Source: a virus
Length of the DNA: 41,354 nt
IMG/VR virus record: IMGVR_UViG_3300010274_000001
Location: 1-41,354 of that record
Strand: one strand, 5' to 3'
Below the pieces are notes generated by a model. That model saw only the letters and a list, made by a program, of their open reading frames with translations. It did not search any database and had not been told where the DNA came from. The translations under genes were made by a program, and so were the position numbers. Numbering within the stretch: the first letter of the stretch is position 1; every line of letters begins with the position of its first letter. Shown here in pieces: positions 1 to 7,698 of the stretch.

Positions 1-107
1 ATATCATAAGATAACTAAAGTAGCTTAAGTAACTATAGTAACTTAGGATAATCTTTTATATCTTTAGTTTTGCTTTTGCTAAAGAAAAACAATAACATAA
101 TAAAAGA
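1..107. repeat. Left copy of the 107-bp exact terminal direct repeat (identical to 41248-41354)
   Basis: Base-by-base comparison of the window start (atatcataagataactaaag...taaaaga) with its last 107 nt. It is either a true DTR or a circular-assembly overlap. Confidence 0.9.
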
Positions 108-147
108 CTATATAATCTAATTTTTTGTGTAAGTTTTAGTTGCTTTA

Positions 148-180
148 CTATTTTTAAGATACTACGTATCTTAAAAATAG
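148..180. repeat. Perfect 15-bp inverted repeat with a 3-nt loop (ctatttttaagatac-tac-gtatcttaaaaatag)
   Basis: The arms at 148-162 and 166-180 are exact reverse complements. It lies in the non-coding region just inside the terminal repeat. Confidence 0.85.
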
Positions 181-239
181 ATATCCCTTTTCTAAGCTTA
201 CTTAACCTTTTATAGTGCATTATGTATCCTCTGTCTATC

Positions 240-306
240 CTAATGCTTCTTTTAGTTTGCTTATGCTTTCTTTAGGCTTCCTTATGCTACCTTATGCCTC
301 CTTTAG
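240..306. repeat. Short-repeat array with CTTATGC x3 (260-266, 281-287, 291-297) plus a CTAATGC variant, interleaved with CTTTAG(G) motifs
   Basis: Direct reading. The CTTTAG/CTAAAG motif also recurs inside the terminal repeat (15-20, 62-67, 79-84). Confidence 0.75.
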
Positions 307-347
307 ACTCCCGATGAGTTGCTGTGTTGGATGCATTTGGTGTGTTT

Positions 348-385
348 GGGGTGCTAGGGGGGGAAAGGGGGGCGCCGAAGGGCGC
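348..385 (+). other. G-rich island with a G-quadruplex-type motif (G4-N5-G7-N3-G6-N7-G3) overlapping a GCGCC-GAAG-GGCGC hairpin
   Basis: G runs at 348-351, 357-363, 367-372 and 380-382. The stem is 372-376/381-385. It is a strong compositional outlier in an AT-rich genome. Confidence 0.6.
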
Positions 386-401
386 ATAGTAGCTTGTAAA
401 T

Positions 402-431
402 TTGCGATACCAAAACATGTCCCATTATATA
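402..431 (+). promoter_or_regulatory. Weak candidate sigma-A-type promoter for the rightward small-protein and capsid genes (TTGCGA-N17/18-TTATAT/TATATA)
   Basis: Hexamer match only. There is no TGn and no conserved upstream box like the early promoters. Confidence 0.25.
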
Positions 432-469
432 CCCTAAATGTACCAAAGTGTACCAAAAGTACCCTAAAG
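429..469 (+). repeat. Four tandem ~10-nt units of GTACC(C/A)(T/A)AA(A)(T/G): ataccctaaat/gtaccaaagt/gtaccaaaagt/accctaaag
   Basis: Direct reading. The units resemble the CCTAAAG-type short repeats that flank the T7 terminal repetition. Confidence 0.7.
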
Positions 470-486
470 AAAGGTTGGTGAGACTT

Positions 487-639
487 ATGCCAGTGACAAG
501 GTGTCCAAATGGTAAGTGGAGGATAGGCAGTGGAAAATGTATGTACCCCTCTAAAGAAGCAGCAGAGAGGGCATACAGAGGCTATCTAGGTGCTAAATAT
601 GCTGGTAATAAAGGTAAAGAAAAGGATAAGAAAGCTTAA
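487..639 (+). CDS. Small basic protein (50 aa), function unknown
   Basis: ATG at 487 follows aaggttggtga. Sequence is MPVTRCPNGKWRIGSGKCMYPSKEAAERAY..., Lys-rich at the C-terminus. The longer track start at 448 lies in the repeat array. Confidence 0.6.
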   Translation: MPVTRCPNGKWRIGSGKCMYPSKEAAERAYRGYLGAKYAGNKGKEKDKKA

Positions 640-772
640 ATAGGACTTAATAAAGCTATATATACTGTGTAATTAGGTTACTGCTAAGCATTGCTGAGGC
701 AATGTGAGGCTAACTGAAGGCACCGTGTATATAGCAAAAGTAAACCATAAAATTAAAAAGGGGGAATAAAGT

Positions 773-1876
773 ATGGCAGAGTTATTTAGACCTATATCAC
801 CTGATAAACAAACTTTAGGCCAAGCACCAACTAATAGAGATAACCTTAAGGACCTTTTTACCTTAGAAGTACTATCATATTTCTATAAAAAGAACATCTT
901 TAGACCACTATTAAGAACTAGAGACATTCCTGAAGGTAATAAGTCTGCAGTGTTCGAGGTTTCTGGTAAGGCAGCAAAAGGTGTCTTATTTAGACCAGGG
1001 GACACTTTGGACAAAAAAGGAGTGCCCCATGCACGCAAAATCATCAACATTGATGGCTTAGTTGTAGCCAGTGACTGGATATTCAAGCTTGATGATTGGC
1101 TAGCACATTGGGATGTAAGGAATGAACATGCTCAAGCTTTGGGAGTTCAATTGGCTGAAGCAGTGGATAGGAATTTATTTGCGTCCGTATTGAAAGCTGC
1201 AGCAACCAACAAAGCGCTGGTGAAGAATCCTGATGGCACTGAAAAAACATTAAGTGGCAAAGTTATAAACATGCCTGATACTTCAGGTATTGTAAAGGTA
1301 TCAGACATAGATTCCAAAGATGACGTTATATTGTTCTTTGAAGCCGTGAGAAAAGCTAGGACAACATTTAGAAAGATGAATGTATACGACCAGGAGTTAT
1401 ATCTTGCAATATCACCTTCAATGTATGAGAAGTTATTTAACTATCTTGACCTAATTTCTGCAGACTACAAGGGTTCTGGTTCTATAGCTGAAGGTGAATT
1501 GCCACGATTGTTTGGTTTTAACATTGTTGAGTCCAATGTATTCTATGAAGGTGAAGGTGATGATAACGATTTGGGTGAACTTGACACAGACACAGGACCA
1601 GAATATAAAACAGCAACCATTGGGGAAGATTGGTCTGGTGACGGTGGGATAAACCACAAAGTTACAGTTAAAGGTGGTGGCTTATTAGCCGTTGCATTTA
1701 CCCGTGATGCTGCTGCTATGGTAAACTTGAAAGATATTTACGTTGAAGAAGACTATGATATCAAAGAGAAAGCCACCTATATCACTGCTGACCTTGCTGC
1801 AGGATTTGACTCCTTCCGCCCAGAATGTGCGATAGCAATAATGGGTAAGGGTGGTTCATTGGTATTACCTAGCTAG
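773..1876 (+). CDS. Major capsid protein, T7 gp10-like
   Basis: KIINIDGLVVASDWIFKLDDWLAHWDVRNEHAQALGVQLAEAVDRNLF parallels T7 gp10 KVITIDGLLTADVLIYDIEDAMNHYDVRSEYTSQLGESLAMAADGAVL. The C-terminal FRPECAIAIM matches LRPEAAGAVV. It has an SD (aaaaaggggg) and is followed by a strong terminator. Confidence 0.93.
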   Translation: MAELFRPISPDKQTLGQAPTNRDNLKDLFTLEVLSYFYKKNIFRPLLRTRDIPEGNKSAVFEVSGKAAKGVLFRPGDTLDKKGVPHARKIINIDGLVVASDWIFKLDDWLAHWDVRNEHAQALGVQLAEAVDRNLFASVLKAAATNKALVKNPDGTEKTLSGKVINMPDTSGIVKVSDIDSKDDVILFFEAVRKARTTFRKMNVYDQELYLAISPSMYEKLFNYLDLISADYKGSGSIAEGELPRLFGFNIVESNVFYEGEGDDNDLGELDTDTGPEYKTATIGEDWSGDGGINHKVTVKGGGLLAVAFTRDAAAMVNLKDIYVEEDYDIKEKATYITADLAAGFDSFRPECAIAIMGKGGSLVLPS

Positions 1877-1889
1877 TTTTAATTTTAAG

Positions 1890-1927
1890 CCCTTCGGTAG
1901 TCATAGAACTATCGAAGGGTTCTTTCC
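1890..1927 (+). terminator. Intrinsic terminator after the capsid gene
   Basis: 12-bp stem cccttcggtagt/actatcgaaggg (one G-U pair), loop cataga, then a T-rich ttctttcc tail. Confidence 0.8.
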
Positions 1928-1973
1928 CTAAACATTCTTTATAACTTTCCTCTATTTATCGTTTTTCCAATTC

Positions 1974-2080
1974 TACCTAAGCGTAGGAGCCCCTAGGAGC
2001 TTTTCAATATCCCTCCATGACGAATTACCTTAGTTGATAGAGTAAAATCGATTGTAGGTTATGCTAGGCACCATAACGTT
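1974..2080 (+). promoter_or_regulatory. Conserved intergenic module, copy A (ahead of the tail/core/terminase gene block)
   Basis: Blocks TACCTAAGCGTAGGAGCCCCTAGGAGC ... TGACGAATTACCTTAG ... GTAAAATCGATTGTAGG are shared with 19376-19486(+), 27641-27747(-) and 34572-34678(-). It ends 55 nt before the gp11-like start codon. Confidence 0.8.
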
Positions 2081-2135
2081 GATATTTTAGTAAGGAATGT
2101 TTAGGGAAAGACATAATCTGAAAGGAGGCTATATT

Positions 2136-4775
2136 ATGACCCGTGAAGAAGCTGTAAAACGTGTTCTATTGGTAGTTGGAGAAAATCCTATTACTGTATC
2201 CCAAAATGATGAAGTTTATCAGATGGCACAGCAGCTATTAGATATGATAACTCTTGATGTATTAGGAATGGGATGGCGTTTTAATACACACTATCTTGAA
2301 GATGGAACGGAGGCAATAGACACTTATGTAGTTGATGTTGATGATTACACTACTGAAGAAGACCTTTTTAATGCTAACTTTGCTGCTATTCCAGTTCACA
2401 TACAGCAAGTTATAGTAGCTAGGACAAGTTATGAATTTTCTTTAGGCTATACTGGTGAAAACTTATTTAGTGAAGACCTTAGTAAGATGTATCTTATGGC
2501 TTTACAGCAAGCTAGAGGCACTGAAGTTATGCTTAGTGCTGAATTGATTGACTTTGAACGCATTTATAAGAACGTAGCTAGCCAGTTATTGAATGAGGAG
2601 GGCTGGTGGTGGAATACTACAGAGACTGGAGAAGACTTTCAGACCAATATACCCTTAAATCTGCCACCAATTGCCGACAGTTATGCTAAAATTAAGGCTC
2701 AAAGGCTATTTCAGGCTTATAATACAGCTAATGTAGAGTTAATGTTAAATCCAACGCCTGAAGAAAAGGAAATATATGCCCAAATGGTTAAGCAAAATAG
2801 GCGACATTTTCTGCGTTCACTACCTGTTGAGGAGTTAAGAGACTCTTATATTAACGAATTAAGGGCTGAAGGGATTACTTCAGCGCTTACATACGATGAA
2901 GCAAGATTCAGTGATGCTCTTGCAGCGTCATATGCTGACATTAAAGCTAAGCGAATGTACATGTTGGTAACCGAAGAAGACAATAGGGAAGCTTATATTA
3001 ATCCTTCACAGGATGAAATTAACCTTTATACACGCTTAAAGGCACGTCAACTAAACAAAGTTAGTCATTTTGATGACCTAGAAGCACTAACACAGGAAAT
3101 AGAAGACCAGCTAAAGAATGAGATAGGCTGGTATTTTAACACTGAGCTGGATGAATTTGGGCAAAAGAAGCTAAAAGAAGTTATAGTATTGCCTGAAGAG
3201 GTTAAAGCATATGCTAAATTAAAGGCACGAAGGTTATTTAATGCTTTCCAGCGTACTGGTGGTGATGCTAATCTTGTAAATACGCCAACGCCTGAAGAAA
3301 CTCAAGCATATCAGCAGCTATGGCTAAAGAATCATAGTTACTGGCTTGAGAGTGAAACTTTGGAACAATTTAGGGATAGCATTATACAGGCTTTAAATTC
3401 CGAAGGGCTTACACAATATTTAAGTTATAGTATTGAAACTAATGGGTTAATAAAACAGTATGCAAACTTAAAAGCTAAAAGATTATATAGCTTATATAAT
3501 TCTATAGACCCTACACCTTTTATTAATGCTACTAAAGAAGAAGAAGATTTATATAAAAGAATATTGATAGAATTAAATAAGCCAACAAAAGTAAATGAAA
3601 GTAATATAGCAGAAGCAGTAGCTTCTTTAACAAAAGTTCCTGCCAATGACCCTTCAATAGTTCATTATGCTCGAATGAAAGCTAATAGGATTAATTATGC
3701 TTATGAAACTGGTAATATGGAATTACTGATAAATATGCCTCCAGAAGAACTTCAAGCATATCAGGCAATACTGTTAAAGTCTAAGCGTGAAAAGTTCAAT
3801 ATAACTTTAGAAAACCTTTATAATGAAATTTTAAACAGTGTGTTAGCTATGTTTCCTAATATCAACGAAACTAATGCTACTGTGGTCGAGTATGCAAACT
3901 TAAAGTCTAGAAGATTATATGCACTGTATACCGAACTAGACCCAAACTTTGCCCAGCAGCCTAATGATGAAACACAATTGTTACAAGAACTTTATAGACA
4001 AAACTTAACATCCGAATTACAGCAAACAACCTATGATGATGTATTAACAGCAATTAGACAACAATTGTTAAATGAGGCTGGTTGGTGGTATAACACATCA
4101 ACCGATGCTGATGGCAATTTAATAACTAGAATACCAGATACATTGCCTGAAATAGTTGAACAGTATGCTGTAGCCAGAGCTAAGCGATTATATAGGGCGT
4201 ATCAGAACAATCAAATGGAACTAATATTGAATCCTTCACCTGAAGAACAAGAGTTGTATTCTAAGATGTTAGAGATGCACAATAGGGTTACTCGTGGTGG
4301 TAAGTCGTTAGAACAACTAAAAAAAGATATATTGACAGAGGTATTATTAGAAGGCTGGAGTTTTAATATTAAAGAACAGCCGTATAGAGAAATTAAAGCA
4401 GCAAATTTAGTATTATTAAAGGCCACTGCATTGTATCCGCAATTAAAAGTATATGTAGATAAAGATAACAAGATTATAGACCATAAAACATATGCTGAGA
4501 TTCCAGAAGAAACTGTAGTTCAAGTTGTACATAAAGTTGCATACGATGAACTGCCTGAGTTATTTAAGTTGTACATTGATATGAAGGCGTCAAGAATGTA
4601 CAACTATTATAACACTATTAATAGTCAAATCAATTCACCACTAGCTTGGGCAAGACCAACTGCGGATGAATTATTGTTGTTTCAGAAACTAAAGACACTA
4701 TATGCTGTAGATATTGAAAATGCGAATATATTAGAAAATGACACACTCCAATATTGGGGGAGGAGATATAGATGA
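2136..4775 (+). CDS. Tail tubular protein A / adaptor (T7 gp11-like), greatly expanded by internal repeats (879 aa)
   Basis: ATG at 2136 follows aaaggagg. The N-terminus VLLVVGENPITVS...AQQLLDMITLDVLGMGWRFNT matches T7 gp11 ILASIGEPPVSTL...[20 protein letters not shown]. The C-terminus ELPELFKLYIDMKASRMYNYY matches [22 protein letters not shown]. There are 8 clear YAxxKAxR(L/M)(Y/F) copies (plus one degenerate copy) and 5 GWxxN copies. Confidence 0.85.
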   Translation: MTREEAVKRVLLVVGENPITVSQNDEVYQMAQQLLDMITLDVLGMGWRFNTHYLEDGTEAIDTYVVDVDDYTTEEDLFNANFAAIPVHIQQVIVARTSYEFSLGYTGENLFSEDLSKMYLMALQQARGTEVMLSAELIDFERIYKNVASQLLNEEGWWWNTTETGEDFQTNIPLNLPPIADSYAKIKAQRLFQAYNTANVELMLNPTPEEKEIYAQMVKQNRRHFLRSLPVEELRDSYINELRAEGITSALTYDEARFSDALAASYADIKAKRMYMLVTEEDNREAYINPSQDEINLYTRLKARQLNKVSHFDDLEALTQEIEDQLKNEIGWYFNTELDEFGQKKLKEVIVLPEEVKAYAKLKARRLFNAFQRTGGDANLVNTPTPEETQAYQQLWLKNHSYWLESETLEQFRDSIIQALNSEGLTQYLSYSIETNGLIKQYANLKAKRLYSLYNSIDPTPFINATKEEEDLYKRILIELNKPTKVNESNIAEAVASLTKVPANDPSIVHYARMKANRINYAYETGNMELLINMPPEELQAYQAILLKSKREKFNITLENLYNEILNSVLAMFPNINETNATVVEYANLKSRRLYALYTELDPNFAQQPNDETQLLQELYRQNLTSELQQTTYDDVLTAIRQQLLNEAGWWYNTSTDADGNLITRIPDTLPEIVEQYAVARAKRLYRAYQNNQMELILNPSPEEQELYSKMLEMHNRVTRGGKSLEQLKKDILTEVLLEGWSFNIKEQPYREIKAANLVLLKATALYPQLKVYVDKDNKIIDHKTYAEIPEETVVQVVHKVAYDELPELFKLYIDMKASRMYNYYNTINSQINSPLAWARPTADELLLFQKLKTLYAVDIENANILENDTLQYWGRRYR

Positions 4776-7672
4776 GCGTATTGAAGACTGATATGATTAT
4801 TCCCAACAAAGGATTAATAAGTGGTGAGCCAGAACTATTAGAGCCAGGTGTACTTACTGATGCTGAAAATGTTATATTACATCCAACATTAGGAATTCAA
4901 ACAAGACCAGGTATATTTACTGATGGAATATTTAGATTAGACAGTGATATAAAAAACATTCGTTTGGTGAAATCATTGAGTGCCAACAAGGATGATTATT
5001 TATTTATCCTTGGTGCTAATACAAATGTTGCACAACCATCAATTTTGTATATTGCCTTAATAGACATTAACAAAAAGTCAATAAAATTTAAGTTATCTAT
5101 AAATAAAAATGTAAACAAAAATTATTATTCTTACTTTATTGATACTACAACAAACGCAATTTTAAATGATGCTAATAAGATTAAATTAACTTTTGAATCT
5201 GGAAAAATTTGGATTGCCAATACAACACAAACTGTAACTTCAACATTACGACTCAGTGAATCCGAAGTTATATCTTTTAAACATAAGATTAATTTTGGAA
5301 AAAATATGAGTGGGGATTTACCAATGATTTATTTAAAAGTTGGCGATGAATATGTATTAATAAGAAGCAATTATACATTAACACCTACTAATGCAAAATC
5401 AGAGTTAATGACTGCAATGAAAAATGAAATTAATCAAATACTATCCAGCTATCCTGGATATACAGTTAGCATTAATGGTGATAATATTGAAATTACTGGT
5501 GGTTCAGGAGTTACACAGTTTATAATATTAGAAAAACAAACACCCGATAATCCTTGGATAGTAAGTGGGATAATACAACCTTCTACGACATATTTATTCA
5601 AGTTTAAACATGGTGATGAATTTGATACATCAGGAATTGGTGGCACTTACTGGGATATATGTAAGTTAAAAGGTAAATTTGTTGGTGACCCAAATGTATA
5701 TACAACATTAACTATAACTCCAGGAAAGGGTGGAGATATAAAGATAAACAGAGGTGGGAAAAGTGTTTCAATAGGTAGTGTTAAAAAGGCAAACGTTAAA
5801 CTTGGAAACAATTTATATGAAACAACTTTTGAATTAACAAGTAGTTTTTATGTTACAGATTTTTATTATGATGATAGAGATTTTTTTGGAGGTTCAGATA
5901 GCAGATGGTATGGATGGTCTGTATGGTATAGTGGACATTTATTAGTAGAAAATTTATCAACATTTATACTTAAAGATGAAAAGTGGCATCATATTAACAA
6001 TCAAGATTATTTAGCTACAAACAATGTAATCAAAAATGAAGTTATAATTAATTATATTAGTGCCCCAGATTCAACTTTATATCATGCTGCTCCAAAAGTA
6101 AATATTACAATTAAAATAGCCAATGAAATATTGTATTCTTCCGATGAATATTTAGATAATTACGGTTATTCATTATATTCAGACACACAACTGATTGATA
6201 TGTTTTATGATAAATACAATTCAATATTTCAAAACTTATCAATTACAATTTCAAAATCTTCAGGTGTTTTAACAATTAATATGCCAAATACTTATTCATT
6301 TATAATAACTTTTCAACAACCTGAGAAAGAAATAAACCTTATATTGGATGATATAGCAAGTACTAAATTTTCTAATGCTGTCTTAGAATTTCAAGAAGCT
6401 TCTTTGCCTTGTTATATTGACATAGATAATTTAAAGTTAGATAGACCACCTTTGTTTAAAACTGGAGCAGTTAATTATAAAAATACAGCAACTGCTTCAT
6501 TACCATCATTTGCAAATAAACACATACAAGATATAAAAATTATTCAAGACCGATTATTTATTCTTAGTGATGAGGCTATAAGTATATCAGAAGTTGGAAC
6601 ACGTGACAAATTTTTCTTGAGTTCGGGTCAAACGTTGGTTGACACAAGTTTTATTGATGCAAAATTTAGTGTAACAAAAGGTACTTTAAAACACTTAATT
6701 TTCCTAAATAAAGAATTTTATATATTTGGTACGCAACAGCAATTTTTATTACATTTTGAAGGTTATATCTCGCCTTTTACAATGCTTATTCAAAATTTAA
6801 CAGACTATCAAATTTCAGATACAACACCAGAAACATTAGGGAATGAAATTTTCTTTGGTAATAAAACAACAGTGTCTCAGGCTTTTGAAAGACACATGTT
6901 GTATTCGTTCTTTGTTCAGCCAAATACATATACAAACAAAGCTGAAAATAAAAGTTGGATGATTAGTGACCTTATGCCAACAAAAGTAAATCAAATTGTG
7001 GCTATTAATGACAAAGTAATTTTAACTTATTCTGAGCCTAATAACAACTTTACTTCAGCAATGGTATTTCATAGATTTACAAACAACCTTGAGGTAATTC
7101 AAGAGGGTTGGACACGGTGGAAATTTCCAACTGATTTAGGATTGTGGCATATTAATTCTGTTGGTGATGTTTTGACAATAAAGGCAGAGCCAACTGGTCT
7201 TCAAGGTCCTAGTGATGCACAATATGTTCTTCTATTTTATAAAATCCCACTTGAGCAAGATGTTGCAAATGCTTTATATGATGAAATTTACACTTCATAT
7301 ACTGGTGAAAAAACTTTAAAAGATATTAAAGCTAAAATATCATTGCCAATTTTTACTAAAGATATTCCACCATATTTGAGGGCAAGGTTGGACTTTGTCC
7401 ACCTAATCTTTGATAAAGAATTCACTGGATATGTCTATTATGGACAGGATGGTGTTATTTCCGAAGTACTTGGAACGATTAATAATGTTATATATGCTTC
7501 AATACCTATTAGAAAATATGCTAGAGGAGCTGAAATAATTATAGAAGCAGCTTCAGTAATTGAAGGTAATCCTAATTTTGAAAATGAAGTTAATTTATTA
7601 GCCAATCCTTTGAATTTGATGGGATTTGGCGCTGAGTTTCGTGTATGGAATCGCAAATATGGTAAATACTAA
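4772..7672 (+). CDS. Tail tubular protein B / nozzle (T7 gp12-like), 966 aa
   Basis: ATGA start/stop overlap with the upstream gene. The N-terminus PNKGLISGEPELLEPGVLTDAENVILHPTLGIQTRPG matches T7 gp12 NLKGGISQQPDILRYPDQGSRQVNGWSSETEGLQKRPP. Its position after the gp11-like gene fits. Confidence 0.8.
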   Translation: MSVLKTDMIIPNKGLISGEPELLEPGVLTDAENVILHPTLGIQTRPGIFTDGIFRLDSDIKNIRLVKSLSANKDDYLFILGANTNVAQPSILYIALIDINKKSIKFKLSINKNVNKNYYSYFIDTTTNAILNDANKIKLTFESGKIWIANTTQTVTSTLRLSESEVISFKHKINFGKNMSGDLPMIYLKVGDEYVLIRSNYTLTPTNAKSELMTAMKNEINQILSSYPGYTVSINGDNIEITGGSGVTQFIILEKQTPDNPWIVSGIIQPSTTYLFKFKHGDEFDTSGIGGTYWDICKLKGKFVGDPNVYTTLTITPGKGGDIKINRGGKSVSIGSVKKANVKLGNNLYETTFELTSSFYVTDFYYDDRDFFGGSDSRWYGWSVWYSGHLLVENLSTFILKDEKWHHINNQDYLATNNVIKNEVIINYISAPDSTLYHAAPKVNITIKIANEILYSSDEYLDNYGYSLYSDTQLIDMFYDKYNSIFQNLSITISKSSGVLTINMPNTYSFIITFQQPEKEINLILDDIASTKFSNAVLEFQEASLPCYIDIDNLKLDRPPLFKTGAVNYKNTATASLPSFANKHIQDIKIIQDRLFILSDEAISISEVGTRDKFFLSSGQTLVDTSFIDAKFSVTKGTLKHLIFLNKEFYIFGTQQQFLLHFEGYISPFTMLIQNLTDYQISDTTPETLGNEIFFGNKTTVSQAFERHMLYSFFVQPNTYTNKAENKSWMISDLMPTKVNQIVAINDKVILTYSEPNNNFTSAMVFHRFTNNLEVIQEGWTRWKFPTDLGLWHINSVGDVLTIKAEPTGLQGPSDAQYVLLFYKIPLEQDVANALYDEIYTSYTGEKTLKDIKAKISLPIFTKDIPPYLRARLDFVHLIFDKEFTGYVYYGQDGVISEVLGTINNVIYASIPIRKYARGAEIIIEAASVIEGNPNFENEVNLLANPLNLMGFGAEFRVWNRKYGKY

Positions 7673-7698
7673 TAAGTTTGAAGGGAGGTATAATTGAT

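Noticed and set aside
215-481. 88-aa + strand ORF at the left end
   Set aside because: It has a GTG start with no SD. It reads straight through the CTTATGC/CTTTAG repeat array, the G-rich island and the GTACC repeats, and the resulting peptide is low-complexity. It is more plausibly non-coding packaging or control DNA.
448-486. Longer 63-aa version of the small basic protein starting at ATG 448
   Set aside because: The extra 13 codons lie in the GTACC tandem repeats and have no SD. The ATG at 487 follows a purine-rich aaggttggtga stretch.
1840-1930. T7-style 10A/10B -1 frameshift at the end of the capsid gene
   Set aside because: There is no slippery heptamer near the stop. Both alternative frames close within a few codons, and a terminator hairpin follows immediately.
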